Source: Phaeosaccion multiseriatum
Lineage: Eukaryota > Protista > Ochrophyta, other classes
Reading direction: 5' to 3'
DNA length: 64,000 bases
Assembly (NCBI GenBank): GCA_965112735.1
Contig: OZ218951.1
Coordinates: 1-64,000 of the forward strand
The notes beneath the pieces are model-generated. The model was not told where the DNA came from, ran no database searches, and was given only the letters and a program-made list of their open reading frames with translations. The position numbers and the translations under genes are program-made. Shown in pieces: positions 46,478 through 60,040 of the stretch. Within the stretch, counting starts at the first letter, position 1. The number at the start of each line of letters is the position of its first letter.

Positions 46478-48910
46478 ATGATGCGGCTGCTTCCAAGACC
46501 ATGTAGCCATGCTCCGGTGCTGTTGCTGCTCTTCCTCACCATCTTGTATAGGGCACATGGCTGGGGTCTGCTTTCCACCACAGTGCTTCCCTCTCGGAGC
46601 ACCACCAGCACACTCCGAGCGACAGCGCCCTCACGCACTCACTCGACATGGGTTGACGACACGGTCGGGGGACGGTGCGGCTCGGAGGAGCACAAGGAGC
46701 AGGGGCAAGTGGGGCTGGATGGCGCCGGGGGGCTGCTTGAGCAACTGGACCAGGCTCTGGTGGGGGGGATGGGGCAAGTTCCACCACGAGTCGAGCTGGG
46801 CCTGGGCTCGGCTGCTCTATCCAGTGCCATCGTGTCGGAGCTCGAGATAGTGAGTGCATGAGAGCTGATACCACTGTCATGCATCATTTGACTTGTAAGC
46901 AGCTTACTTGGCTGTCAGTGCCTGGAAGAGTGGACCATGCATACAACGAGCGTTTAAGCACCACCACCCCTCCCGACCTCTCGCAGGCGAGCATCCCTTT
47001 CCTGGAGGACTTGAAAAGAGCATTACTAGCAGTGCCTCGAGCAGGAGCAGACCCAGTTGCCACAGCCAGAGGCGATGCCGCCTTCCCGCTGGAGTACAGG
47101 GCGACACTGCTTTTTCTGGGCAGGCTGACAGCCAAGGTGAAGCAGCAACAGCCGGAGCTGTTCCCAGCCTTCAAACACGTGACCAAGAAGAACGGACTCA
47201 CGCGCCACATCCGCACAGTGGTGAGGGCCCGCGAGCCGACGGACGGGCGGCGGTGGGGGGGGGGAGGGGGCTCTCGTCAGTGTCCACAAAGAAGTGCTAA
47301 CATGGCAACTGCCCCCCCCCCTTGTCTCCTCCGGTGTGCAGGAGGAGGAGGGGCAGCCGGTGCTGAAGTCCAAGCGTGAGACTTGGGCACTCATGCTGGC
47401 CATCCAGCGCAGTCTCGCAGAGGCGGAGATGGTGCTCGCCACCTTCAACTTGCTCCCGGCCTGTCCGAGAGAGGGGAGGGGGGGGGGGGGCAGAGAGGGG
47501 GGGCGGGAGGCGAGCGTGCGGGAGGATTTTGTTTGGTCGGTTCGGCCTCTGCTGGAGCACTGTACAGGTACGGTCGTTTCAGCAAGGGAGAGAGGGAGAG
47601 AGAGAAGGAGGGAGACAGAGGAAGGGAAAGAGAGAATGAAAGAAAGAAACCTCATTGGCGCTGGCCCCACTCTGTCCCTTACTGCCACTGCTCCGCCTTT
47701 GCCCATCGCGGGATGAGGCCCTGCAGAGTCGCTACGGTCGCCTCCCTCCCTCGAGCCACTCTCACCTTTCAGTGCCGCCTCAGCATATGTGTCTGCAGCC
47801 CTGCTTACTTGCCCTGTTGCTGTCCTGTGTGCTGCTGCAGGGAAAGACCGGCCCGTAGAGTTGGCCGTCTTAGTGAGGGGCATATTCGGGCCTGAGTGGG
47901 GGCGGGGAAGACCCAACCCTCTCCTGCAAGGGCAAGGCTTGGGCGGATACCGATCTGTGACAGGGGCCTTCCCGAGAGGGGAGGCAAAGAGGAAGAGCGC
48001 AAGGGAGACAGCAGGAGGAGGGGGAAAGGGAAAAGGAGAAAGCGGCGGGGCAGAAGTAGCGACAGCAGCAGCAGCGACAGCAGCGAAGGCAGCTGATGGC
48101 CCTGGCCTGACGCGGGGGGCTCGTCTGGGGGCCCGTCTGGCATGGCCCATCATGGCCGTCGCCTTCAGGGCCTACACTTCCCACAGGGCCTACAGATCCC
48201 GCAGGCCTCCGGAGGGGACAGGGGTAAACAGTAAGGAGGAGGAGGAGGAGGAGGAGGAGGAGGAGGAGGAGGAGGAGGAGGAGGAGGCAGCGGTAGGGGC
48301 ACTATGGAGCTGCAGTAAGGAGGAGGAGGAGGCAGCGGACGCTGAGATGCGCTCTCTCGTCAGGCGCTTGTCGCAGGTAGGTAGGTAGGTAGGTAGGTAG
48401 GTAGGTAGGTAGGTGCTTGGTATGGAGGGGGGTGGGTACTTGGGTTGGTTGGTACGTTGCTTGATGTGTAAGCAGGCATGTAGGCAGGTAGGTGGGTAGG
48501 TAGATAGGCAGGCAGGTAGGCAAATAGGCCTACTGTAGACAGGTAGGTAGGTAGGTAGGTACGTAGGTAGGTACGTAGGTAGGTAGGTAGGTACGTAGGT
48601 AGGCGGGTACGTAGGTAGGCGGGTAGACAGGTGGGCTGGTAGGCTATGCTTAGGCACATCCCTGGGTGCGATGTGGGGCCTCTGTGTCGCAGGTACTCTG
48701 TCGCAGGTAGGTGGCGCTTCCCAACCGCTAGAGTAAGCTGCTGTCGTCCACTACTATCCGCTGCCGTCCACTGCCGTCCCTGCTCATGCCCTCTGTCCTA
48801 CCTCCCCCCTCCGTACCCTCTTTGTGCACCGGTCACGTATGCCTCCTGTAGGCCGACCCCGGCGGGGGAGCTTTGCGAGCGCTACACGACTGGCTCTGCC
48901 AAATGATGAG

Positions 48911-48963
<53 letters not shown>

Positions 48964-51628
48964 GGACGGTGAGAGAGACGGGGGGGCTCTTTCTCTCGAG
49001 GCGGTGGTGTCATAAGTGCGTGTATCAACTTCGCCACGTTGCGCCCCTGAGTTTGCTCCAATGCCTCCCCATCCTGTCCCTCCGTTGCTCCAATCCCTCT
49101 CCCTGCCTCAGCCCCCAGGACAGTGACGAGGCAGTGGAGGCAGGGGAAGAATGGACAGTTAATGAATGGTCAGGGACAGGGGCGGGGGAAGGCCTGCTCC
49201 GTTTGGGCCTGTTGCTGCGCACAATGTCCGGCGGCGGGCGGGAGGGGAGGGAGCTGCTTAGACACGTGCGCCTCGTCATGCTCGTGCCCAGCCTGATGGA
49301 GGGACTACCTTGTGACACGAAGGACGACCTAATTGACACAGCAGCAGGAGCCAGGAAAGCCTACGAGGCCTTGGTGCTGGAGAACGCCTCCCCGGGGGGG
49401 GGTGAGACGGAAGGAGTGCTTTCTGCGCCCCCGGGGGAGCGGGAGGAGGAGCTGAGCAGGCACCTCGACCAGGTGGGCATGATGGGGGAGATGACAAGGC
49501 GTATGTATGGGGTACCCCTTTAGGGTCACATGGGTCATACACTTGCACACATCCGTAATACGTGCGTTGCCGACTCGCCTGACTCGTACCTCGCTGCTCT
49601 ACTGCCGCTCGAAAAGAAGAGAGAGAACAAGTGTCTTCATATCGAAGGAGCGAGAGAATAGGTTTCTTCATGTCACCTCTCTCCCTCGTCTCATCTCACG
49701 CGCATGTTTTGCTTGTGCCGCACCTCCCCCTCCTCCCCCTCCCCGTGCGTGTGAAGGTGTTTGGGCGGTGCCTGGTGTCAGGCCTAGCCGCCCTCCTCGA
49801 GGTGCCCTCTCAGAAGCTGCTCACCCCCGCTAGCCTCGAGGCCACTTCCTCCCTGCTGCAGAGCTGGCGGGCCCCGCACCTCCTCCTGGCCTACTGTAGC
49901 ATGCATCAGGACGTTCACCCCAGTGTGGTGCGCAGCTTCAAGCGCTTCCTCAGAGCGCTGTTTTCTGTAACGGCAGACGCGGAGACGGAGGCGGAAACCC
50001 TCTTTGACATTCGCTTCCGAGACCCATTCAATGCCAAGCACCTCGCTCTCTTCTCGGAGGAGGTCCGCAGCAAGTGGGAAGGTGGGTGGAGGGGTGGAGG
50101 GGTGGAGTTTGGTGTGTTTGGTGCGTTTGGCTGTCTGTTGGTCTATATGCTTGTGGACGGACCTGTGCTATGCAAGTACTGTGTTGGAGCCTGACTGCAC
50201 AACTCAACGTCCGTCAGTCCGTCAGTAAGTCAGTCAGATCAAATTGCACCACGCTGATACCACCCTCCTGACACCGTCCCCTTCCCCTCTCCCCTCCCTG
50301 CCCTCTTCTCCTCCTCTGTGTTGGGTTTGCTGCTGCCTGCCCAATCCCTCAATGCCCAAGCGCAGATAGGGAGGGCGTCCTGGCGGGCACAAGCTCGGCA
50401 GAGGCCATTTTCTCGGTGGGGTCCTTGGGTGGCCGCTCTTGCATGGCCATCCTCCCGCAAAACAAAAGCGAGAACAGTGCGCTACTGGCCTACCTGCTGC
50501 AGGGCAACTGCCGCCTGCTGCTGGCCATGACTAGCGAGGATGAAGACCAGGCGGGCGGAGGAGGTGGAGGGAGTGGAGGGAGTGGAGGGGGGAGAGGGGG
50601 TCCCGCCGTGGCGGCCCGGGCGGTGGTTCGGCTTTTACTACGTCAGGACAATTCTCAGCCCGTGCTGTATATGGACAGCGTGTACTTCGCTGCAGGCCGG
50701 GATGAAGACGCGAAGGAGCGCCTCTGGAGGGAGGCGGAGAGACTCGGTAGCCAGGTGGGTGGGTGGGTGAGTGGGTGGGTGGGTCCAGGGGCGCTAGACT
50801 TGTTTGAGCGCAAAAGACACCTGAGTCGGTAGCACTTGGCAAAATAGTAGGACAAGTGTCCAGCGATGCTTCTGATCGGGTGGGCCCAGGTGGGTGGAGG
50901 CTTCAATCCCATTGATTGTCATCGCGGCATAGGCCGTGGAAAGGCCCGCTTCCATCCTCACTTGGGGCTCCTGTGGCCCACTCTGTGCACGACCCATACA
51001 CCTGCAGGTGGGCGTGCCTGTGTACCGAGCGACGAGCCGCATCCCCCGGCCCGCCCCCTCCGCGCACCCCCTGGGGCCGAGCCTCAACTCGGAGGAGGGG
51101 ATTCGGGACACGCTCGAGGGGGTGCTGCCAAAAGACACCACGTACGTGGGATGGATGGGAGGGGACGGCAGTAGATGACAGTGATTAACAATGAATGGGA
51201 GGGGATGACACTGGATGGCAGTGGAGGGGAGGGGAGATGGGCTGCTTTTCCGAGCCGTAGGTGGTGGCCCTTTCTGTCTGGCCGGCCATGTTTGAGAGCA
51301 CGCTGCCCCATGAGCGTTGCTGTTGCTGCTCCTCCCTCCCATCTGAACCGAGAGCCTGCCTGCCCCCTACTCCCCTCTGGACAGGGCCGTGGAGCTCGTG
51401 GAGGTGGACGGGCTCTCGGACTTCGTTTACTCCGACGGCGTGAACATCGGGCGAGGCCGTCTCGGCGCGCAAGGCCTTTTAGTGCGGCAGGGGAAGGGCG
51501 GAGACTCCTCTGCCATCCCTGGGCAGCCATCCGCTGCCATCCCTGGCTCCAACCGGCAGCTGTCCCTGGCGTTGCTCAACTACGAGGAGGAGGACGGCTC
51601 TGCACAAGTCAAGCGATCATTGGAGTAA
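46478..51628 (+). CDS. Multi-exon hypothetical protein with signal peptide and Ser/Thr-rich leader (possibly plastid-targeted)
   Basis: MMRLL...VLLLLFLTILYRAHG|WGLLSTT. Approximate exons: 46478-46849, 46987-47220, 47342-47567, ~47841-48376, 48852-48910, 49118-49471, 49757-50062, 50366-50753, 51008-51141, 51385-51628, each with GT/AG ends. Phases not fully verified. Confidence 0.65.
48375..48640. repeat. (GTAG)n-type intronic microsatellite
   Basis: aggtaggtaggt... starting right at a CAG|GTAGGT donor. Confidence 0.9.
48914..48961. repeat. (GA)n microsatellite
   Basis: Direct reading. Confidence 0.95.
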
Positions 51629-52088
51629 GGGAGGGAGGGATGAATGACTCCATGGGCGAGCGAACCGTTCTGCTTCCCTCGCTGGGTGATGTTCATTCCA
51701 TGTCATGGGCATGAGATGAGCGGCCGATTGAGGCAAGCACCGTCCCCACATAAGGGTTAAGGGCAGACAGACAGACACCGAGCTTGTTTCGCTCCTGTCC
51801 TAGGAATAATGGGTCGACTCCGCTGCGAGAACCCCGCGCGGCGGCAAGTACTTCCCACTGACTTATTGTACAGCAGACAGATTAGGCACGAGAACATCGG
51901 TGTGGTGTGGTACAAACTGTGTAAGTAAACAAGTCACTTTCAAAACAGAGGTGGCCTCCCCTGTCCCCTCCGCTCTGGTGTTTGGCCTTCCTGCGTGTGG
52001 TATGGTGCACACTCTAGTGTGGAAGTCCGTTGAGTCCCCTGCCTGTGCCCTTTGTCTCCTACAGCCCATCCGGTCAGTCCGTGTACCC

Positions 52089-53436
52089 TCAGACGAGGAG
52101 GTGAGCGTGGTCCTCCCCTGTGCCCTCCCACACGAGCGCAGTCCTGACGTAGAGCAGCACCAGCTCGTGCATTCGGAGGTCCAGGATCTTGCGCTGAAGG
52201 GAGGGGATGGCAGTGGATGTGATGTGATCCGCCATCGGACACGAGGGAGAGGGGCAAGAGGGTGGGGTGGAGAGAAGCACTGCGTGTTAGAGGAAGCCTT
52301 CCCCTATTGGCAGGTCGTAGCTCTCATTCCTTTCCTCCCCCCCCCCTATAAACTGGAACTGAGAACTGATACTCTCCTCCTCACCCCTCACCCCCCACCT
52401 GGTCGTCTGCCCGCCTGAGTCTGAGGCCCTGTCCATTGGACTGACTGCTGCCGCTGCTGCTGCTGCTACGCACAAGCACGGCCATACCCCAGAGCTCGTC
52501 CTCTAGCGCCTGAAGGGAGGGGAACAGAGCAGAACAGTTGGCAGAACAGTTGGCAGAACAGTTGGTGATGCCGAGTGGAGAAGACGCAAGTGCCCCTGTG
52601 TGCACTGTAAGAAGGCCCCTACTTCACCCTACGTAACGTCATGTACGTACCTGAGGGGACACGTGCCACTGAGTGCCCAGGAGGGTGTGCCCCGTCACCG
52701 CTGACCAGAACACGCGAGGGCCTTCACGCAAGAAAGCAAGCAGGCAGAGGGCACACGCAGCTCACGTCAGGCAAGCCAAGGCAAGGCAAGGCAATCGCTT
52801 AGTCTGGTACTCAACAGCTCAGCTCATGCAGAGAAGGGGAGTGGGAAGAAGGAGGAGGGAAGTGGGAGTCTGCCTTCCTTCCTGCCCTACTGCAAGAAGT
52901 TTCCACAGCCTCACCTACTCCTTTGGAGTATTTGAGTAGGTACAGAAGCTTCGGTATCGATCCCATTTATGTTCAAAAAACTGAGCCTCACCTGCACCGG
53001 TGTCGAAGGCCCCACTTGCGCTGGCCTGCACCTTCCCTGACTTACTGCCCCCCTTTGCTCCCACGCCCCACTTGGCCCGTGCGTTGATGCTGCTGCTGCT
53101 GCTGCTGCTCCTGCTGTTTCTGTCTCCACTATTGCTTCCTCTAGCAGCCCTGGTGCCCCCGTCTGCCCCACCCCCCTCCCTGGACAGACCCCTCCTCCTC
53201 TGCATCCACACGTCCTCCGCATCTTGCAGCAAAGACACGAGGCGGCTCCCGAGCACACGCGACGCGCGGGCCTTGTCCCCCGGGGTGGAGGCCGGGCCCA
53301 GCGACAGAGAAGAAAGGTCCGTGTCCGCGTTGTCGAAAACATTGGCCTCACGCTCCTCCCGCTCCTCCCGCTCCAGCAAGGACAGCGCCTCTCCGTGCGC
53401 CTTGCCCTTGCCGCCCTTGCCCTTCCTCCGCACGGC

Positions 53437-53473
<37 letters not shown>

Positions 53474-56400
53474 ATGCTGCCTCGCTGCTGCTTCTTCTTG
53501 GAGGAGGCTTTGGCTGTGCCTGTTGCTGTGGCTGTGGCGGCCCTCTCCTTCTCGAGCAGGGCCCGTATGCTCTCGTATGCCCTGAGGAACACGAGCAACA
53601 TCCACTTCAGAGCCCCGTGGGACGCATCGCGCAGCCGCTGCTGAAACTGCACATGCAAGGGGGTCACATACTGGTGAGTAGGAGAGCCGGGGAGGGGCGG
53701 GGGGCACACACACTCGCTCTGACTCTGAGGCTCGACATATTGAGCTCTGACTGCCTCCACCAACGCCTCGCTCAAGCCCACGCACGCGCCTGCACGCACT
53801 TGCTTACCTGCATCTTCTCCACACTGGTGAGGGGGGGGGGCGTGTAGTCCCTCCCGAAGGCCTCCCTGTGGTCAGCGTCGACGGTGCGGTGCAGCTGCTC
53901 CTGCACGCTGTACAGCTCCTCCGCGATGCGCCGCCGCACTGACCCAAGTAGCCTGAAGGTTAGGGTTAGCAGTGAGAGGGGTGGGCGGCAGTGGCATGGC
54001 AGGGGGGGTAAGGGGTTCGGGTTGGGGTATTGAGAAGGCAGAGAGCGAGAAAGAGTGAGAGAGAGAGCAAGGCAGCGAGGAAGTAAGGAAGGAAGAAGGA
54101 GGGACGGAAGGCAAAGGACCTGGTGTGTGTGTGAAGAACAAGACAATCCCAAGAGTCACCCCGAGAGCCGCTCCCCCCGCCCCCCCTCTGTACCTGGGCA
54201 GGGTCTCCAAGTCGCCGTGTTTGAGGTGCTGCAGCTGCGCGGCCCACTCCTCCCGGCCGTCGTAAGGCTGTGGCGGCGGGTAGGCGGAGAAGCCCTGTCC
54301 CACGCCATCCTGCTCCTCTTGCGGCTGCTCCTGCTGCTCCTGCGGCTGCTCCTGCTGCTGCCCGCATACCTGCGGCTGCGGTAGGCCGAAGTCGTCTGAG
54401 GCCCGGGCCGGCGTGAAGGGGAAGGGCGTGCCCCGAGATGCGGGTGTGGCGGGCGTGAAGGGAGAGGTCGGCCTTAAGGGGGAGGGAGAGCGCACCGTCT
54501 GCCTTGCCCCTTGCTCCTCTGTCTGCCCCTCGTCCTGCGGCTGCGTTGGCTGTGTCTGTGTCTGTGTCTGCTGAGGCGGCGGCGGCGATGGAGGGAGGGA
54601 CTGCCGCGGAGGAGAAGGCGAAGGCTGTGCCGCTAATTGCTGCTGCTGGCGCTGTATCACCAACTGCTGCTGCTGCTGGGTCCTGAGCATGTCGACCTCC
54701 AAGCGCGTACGGTCGAGCTCTCTCTGAGTCACCAAGTGCTCCTGCTGCGACGCCACCAGGCTCCTCTGTTGCTGCCCGCCCTCCTCGCGCAGCCGCTGCA
54801 GCTCCCCCTGGGCCTGCGTGTGCTGTATCACTAACTGTTGCAGCTCCCCCTCCCTCCTCCTCTCCTCGGCCCGCCTCTGTTCCCTCTCGGCCTTTGCCTC
54901 CCTATCCAGCGCGGCCTGCACGCCATCCCTCCACCAACAAAACGCCTCCCTGGTGCGGTCCTCCCTCTGCTCCTCCAGTCTGCGCCTCACCACCCTCTTG
55001 GCGAGCGTCATGTGTGCCTGTGCCCTGCCCCTGCCCGCCTCCTCCAGCGCTTGTCGCGTGTGCTCCTCTTTCTCCTCCAGCGCTGCCTGGCAGCGGAGGG
55101 CCTCTTCCTTCGCCTCTCTCTCAAGCGCAAGCTCCGCCAGCCCCTCCTCCTCCCTCTTCAGTCCGGCCTCTCGCTGCTCGATGAGGCCATCTCTCTCCTT
55201 CCTCAGCGCCTCCCCCTCCTTCCTCAGCCCTTGCGCCACGCCCACCAAGCCCGCAGAGTGCCATCTGTCGAACGCCCCGCCCAGCAGGGTGGGGAAGTCT
55301 GGTGGTAAGGCCCCACCCCCCTCCCCCTCCTCTTCTCCCTCTGCTGCTGCCGTATCACCACCTGCCGCAGTAAGCTGGTACGGGGCGGCTCTAGCGGCGT
55401 TGTGGCGGGCGGCAAGAGCGACAAGGGTGTCCCTGCGGTCTTTGGCAAGGGCCTCTCGCTCCAGAGCCTCCGCATGTGCTGCCTCCAGCGCCGCGTGAAC
55501 AATGAGCCTGCGCAGATGGCAGTGGATGGGGTACACAAGATGGGCATATGGCAGTGGACGGGTTCAGAGGCGAGGCAGGCCAGCAGGTGTGCGTGTGTGT
55601 CGCGTGTGGGCAGGGCAGGCGCAGAGAGAGAGAGAGAGCAGTTGGAGGAGAGAGCAGGAGTCGGGAGAGAGGCGGGTGGGCGGCGGCACAGAGGCGACAG
55701 ACAGGCGGACGCTGACGCTGACCACTCACCGCCTCCAGGCCGGCGCCAGGCGGCGTTTGCGGACTTGGGAGGAGATGGAGCCCAATCTGTGAAGGGCGAA
55801 CTGTCGCCGAAGCTGTTGCAAGTACCCGAGCAGGAAGCAGCGCACACAAGAGTCGGCGGGGGGCGGGTGGTGCGTCAGGCACGGCAAAGGAAGGGCAGAG
55901 AAACGCGGCCACACAACGACACGGCTCTACATGGTGGCACCCCCCTGTCCTGAGACCCCCCACCTTGTGCAGCTTGGCGTGGCTGGAGGCGGCCTCCGCT
56001 CCGAAGTCGTCCCTCTGCTCTCTGACGCTTCGCAGCTCCTGCCTCAGCCCCGCCAGAGCGCCCTCATGCACGTTGGCGGCGGCGGCCATCTCGGTCCTGA
56101 CACCCGCCAGCGTCACGCGGGACAGCTCCAGGTCCCTGGGGGGGGGCGGGGGAGGGCAGCGTGGCGGGAGTAGGGGTGTAGGGATCAGAGCTTCTTCATG
56201 CTCATTCCATTCGGAAAGCAGGCATACGGGCACGGGGCCGTCGCTCGCCGAGTGAAGTGCGAGCCCGCTCATCCTTCGCCCTCTCTTCCTCGAGACCCTC
56301 ACTAGTGTAGGGTGAAGATGGGCTTGCCTTGCTTAGGGCTGGGCTACCTTAGGGCTTAGGGTTTGCCCTGCTTACCTTGTGAGCTTGGCGTTCTCGTGCT

Positions 56401-57543
56401 GCGCTTCTGCTTGGTGCCCCTGTGCGGTCAGCAGCTTGGCCCTCACGTTGGTGAGCTCCCTCTGAGCAAAGTCCTGCGCCGCCTGCCCCCTGCCCAGCTC
56501 CAAGCGGGCCTCCTTGCTCTCGCGCCGCACCTCCCTACAGGAGAGGGCAGGAAGGGTAGCGTTGGGGTCATCATCAGAGAGAGATACACCAGAGAGAGGG
56601 GGGGGGGAGAGGTATAGCGCAAGATACGAAGACGGAGAGACAGAGAAACAGACAGGAGCGAGGAGAGAGCGAGAGAGTCGCGCACCTGAGGCTGGCGCTG
56701 AGCGAATCTCTGCTCTGTCTGAGCTTAGTCACCTCCATCAGCGCCTCCACTTGCCGCTCGTCCTCCGGGGGAGGCCTAGGGCGGGGGTGGGGCTGGTGGC
56801 AAGTGGCCAGCATGAGCCGGTTCACCTCCCCCTTGAGCCGAGACACCTTCTGGCGGGAAGAGCTCATACTCAGAGCAAGCTGACCTGCCATGGAGTCCGC
56901 CTGGAGGTGGGGGAGGGGTTTGAGGGTCGAGGGTGGAGCGTTGAGGCTTTTCGGGGGGCTTGCGCGAGCATGGCACTCGGAGGACAAGATGCTGGCATGG
57001 CATAGAACGGAAAGAGTGCCGAGTTTGGCCATGTACGTACGTGCGCCTTAGCCTCCGAGGCCTCCCCCGCCGCCCTCCTTACGGCGCTTTGCAACCGTTG
57101 CGAATGGCGCTGGTTGGCGTGGCGTTCGTGCCTCAGGCGCGAGTCGCACTCGCTTACCGTGGCGTCCAGGGCCCCCAGGTGGTCTCGCTCCAGCTGGGCA
57201 CTCTGCTCGAGATTCTGCTTGACCTGAGGAAGGGGAGAGGGACTGGGAATGAGTAAGGGGTCTGGACAGTCTATCTCTGTGTCCGTCAGTCGGGCCTTAT
57301 TTGTCGATCTTAGACATAAAGATGAGATGTTTGATTGCGAGAGAAAAGGAGTAGAGATACTTTGCGACAGAGAAAGATGGATATTGCGGAGAGAGGGAGC
57401 ATCATGATTGCCACGCACCTCCAAAGCAAGCTCTCTCTCCAACCTGACCAGCTGTGACTCGGTCTCTCCAGCGTCCCTCCAGCGCAAATGAGAGGAGGAA
57501 CTCCCCCTACACGGGGAAGGAGAGGAGAAGAATGCGGCCGTCA
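52089..57543 (-). CDS. Multi-exon coiled-coil, low-complexity hypothetical protein
   Basis: E/R/Q/L heptad-rich segments with splice signals (ESQLVRLERELALE, VKQNLEQSAQLERDHL, ORF 53872-55536, AQFFEHKWDRYRSFC, RKILDLRMHELVLLYV). Boundaries approximate. Confidence 0.6.
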
Positions 57544-57845
57544 TTGTCTTCTCCCCCTCTCTCTCGATCTTTGAAGCTGCTCTGAGGGAGCGAGGTACAA
57601 ACCGTCCCAGTTTCAGTTTTTCCCTTTGCACTGTTTGCTGCCATCCCGACTATTCGCTAACACCCAATTGTTTGATTTATTCGAGTTCACAATCCCCTAC
57701 AGTACGGCTCTTGTACGGCTCTTACACCAGGCAGGCGCTTTATTCGTAGAATCAAACCATCATCTCGAAGGCGAAGGGCGAGCGTGGTGCACTCTGCCCC
57801 CCCCCCCTTCAGCTGCCATCTTGCCATGCCTTCAGCCCCCCCCCC

Positions 57846-59178
57846 TTCAATTGTTCTTGTCGATCTTGATCTTGCGCTTGGCCCGCTTGGTGCGGCGGCT
57901 GCTGCTACTGCTGCCTGCGAAGAGCTCGTCCTTGAACGCAAAGACGCCGAGACAGGCCTAGGGCGCGAGGAAGAGAGAGCCATGGACAGTGAGGAGGGAG
58001 GGAGGGCGGGAGTGGGAAGAAGTGAGAGCAGGGTGAGCGTGAGCGTGGCCTATCTCTAGCGAGACGAGAGGGCACGCAAAAGTCAGAGCATCACCCTCCT
58101 GACCCTTCAGAGCTCGATTGACCCCGGGCAAAGGACGAAGGAAAGGGAGGAGGCTAGAAGCAGGCTGCCAACTCCTACACAGCCTCGCAGGTGGAGGACA
58201 AGCGCGACACAGACGAATGACTACCCATCTTAAGGAGCGGGAGCGCAATGACTACCCCATCTTCTCGCGGAGGGTGGGCCTAGCACACTGCACCAAGGCC
58301 CGCACATCCCCTCCCCCGCCTCCAAGAATGGCCTCCCCTCGACCGGTGCTTCCTCTCTCCCTCCGGGCTCACAAGGGCTGAACGGAGAACCAACCCACTC
58401 ACCATCATGGCGGCCATGGCGTACGCAAGGTACTGCACAAAGGTGCCGTTCTCGAACATATCGTCCGATTGAGAGAGCTGAGGGGCGAGGGAAGGGGGGG
58501 AGGGGACTCATCTCAGTCAGAAGACAGACGGGACCACGAATCGGAGTCTTCGCACGGACACTCGAGCAAGAGAGCGGGGGCGGGCACAGGCCAGGGGGCG
58601 CAGTACAGCTCACCCTGTGAGACGGGGGGGGAGTGGACGAACCCAATACACTTCACCCCGCCCCACTCACTCATTCGCAAACTCATTCGCAAACTCACTC
58701 ACTCACTCACTCACTCACCCTCTTGATGTCGTTCTTGGTATTGTAGGTCTTACCCCCCCCCGGGTACTTCCCCTCGAGCTTCTGCGCAGCCAAAGCCTCC
58801 ACCCTTCTCAGCAACTCGTCCTCCTCGCTCCCCTCCATATCTCTGAGCCGAAGCAGCACAGAAGAGGGGATGGGGCAGAGGGAGGAGCTTATTACAGAGC
58901 AGACCACATCTAAGTGCTCCCCCTCCCCGCTCAGCCGTCTCGTGCATACGCTCCCCATGCCTCGTCCCATCGGTTCAGACCTGCCGCGGCCCTGCTCCTC
59001 GATAAAAAGAGCCCAACGATTGTACGAGTGCACTGACCAAAGCCCTATCTTGCAGTGCACTTACACCGACCTGAACTTCTCGTCATCCCCGTCCTCTCCC
59101 TCCTTCTCAAGCCGATCTACCGTCTCTGCCTCCTTCTCAGCCATGACCTTCGGGTGGCGGTGCGGGGAGAAGAGGGGA

Positions 59179-59211
<33 letters not shown>

Positions 59212-60040
59212 GAAGGGTATAAAAAAAAAAACTTAGATGGATGCATTTAGAGAGTGGGAGAAAAAGGGAGAGAAGAGGGATGGAGAGAATACCAATCAGT
59301 GAGCCTGTCTAGACCAATCAAAGGGCGTGTCGAGACCCTGTCTCACCTCGTTCATGGCCTGCATCTCTGCCAGCCTGACGTCTGTCTCCGTAGGCTCGCC
59401 CGCCCTACGATTGCGTCGGTTCTCCGCCCTGTTGCGCTGGGCCTCCGCGGGAAGGGCCTTGTGAGAGAGCAGCAGGGCCGGAAGAACAAGCACGGAAGAC
59501 ACGAGACATAGAGATCGCGGAGATGCTTGGGCTGGAGCAAGGGACAGGACGAGGAAGAGGAGGAGGAGGAAGGGGCCCGCAAAGAGCACGAGCGAGGTGG
59601 GTCCTCGCATGGCGCGTGTGCTCTCCCTGAGGGAGGTTCTAGAGGGGGAGACTCTCCTTCCCTTACCCCTGCCCCCGTAGTGCTTGTTGTGAGTAGTATA
59701 GGCGATGGTAGGGAAGGGTTTACTCTTCTATCTGGTTGGGGGGCGTCGGATTCGCAGGTTGCGACACTTTTACATAAGGCAATGGAAGGCCTTCTCGCCG
59801 AGCGGTAGCCCACCAGTAGACCGCGCTATCTAAGTGATTGAGCTCTCCCTCTCTCGCCGCCTTCTCCAACTCTCTCCCCTCCCTCCCTCCCTCTTCCCCT
59901 CCTCCCTCCTCCACCTTTCCTCTCCCTACTCCCCTCCTCTGATAACCCTGCTGCGCACTACGCACCTGCTCGTTGGCGGTGGCCTTATTCCTGGCCACCG
60001 TCGCCTGTGAGCCCCCCTCTCTTCTCACGAGCAGCACTAA
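57846..60040 (-). CDS. Small multi-exon hypothetical protein, probable paralogue of the divergent neighbour
   Basis: Segments GSQATVARNKATANEQ, VMAEKEAETVDRLEKE, EEDELLRRVEALAAQKL, and LGVFAFKDELF...KRKIKIDKNN-stop, with splice signals. Exon model is tentative. Confidence 0.4.

Noticed and set aside
48190-48659. YLPT-repeat ORFs
   Set aside because: Translations of the intronic (GTAG)n microsatellite.
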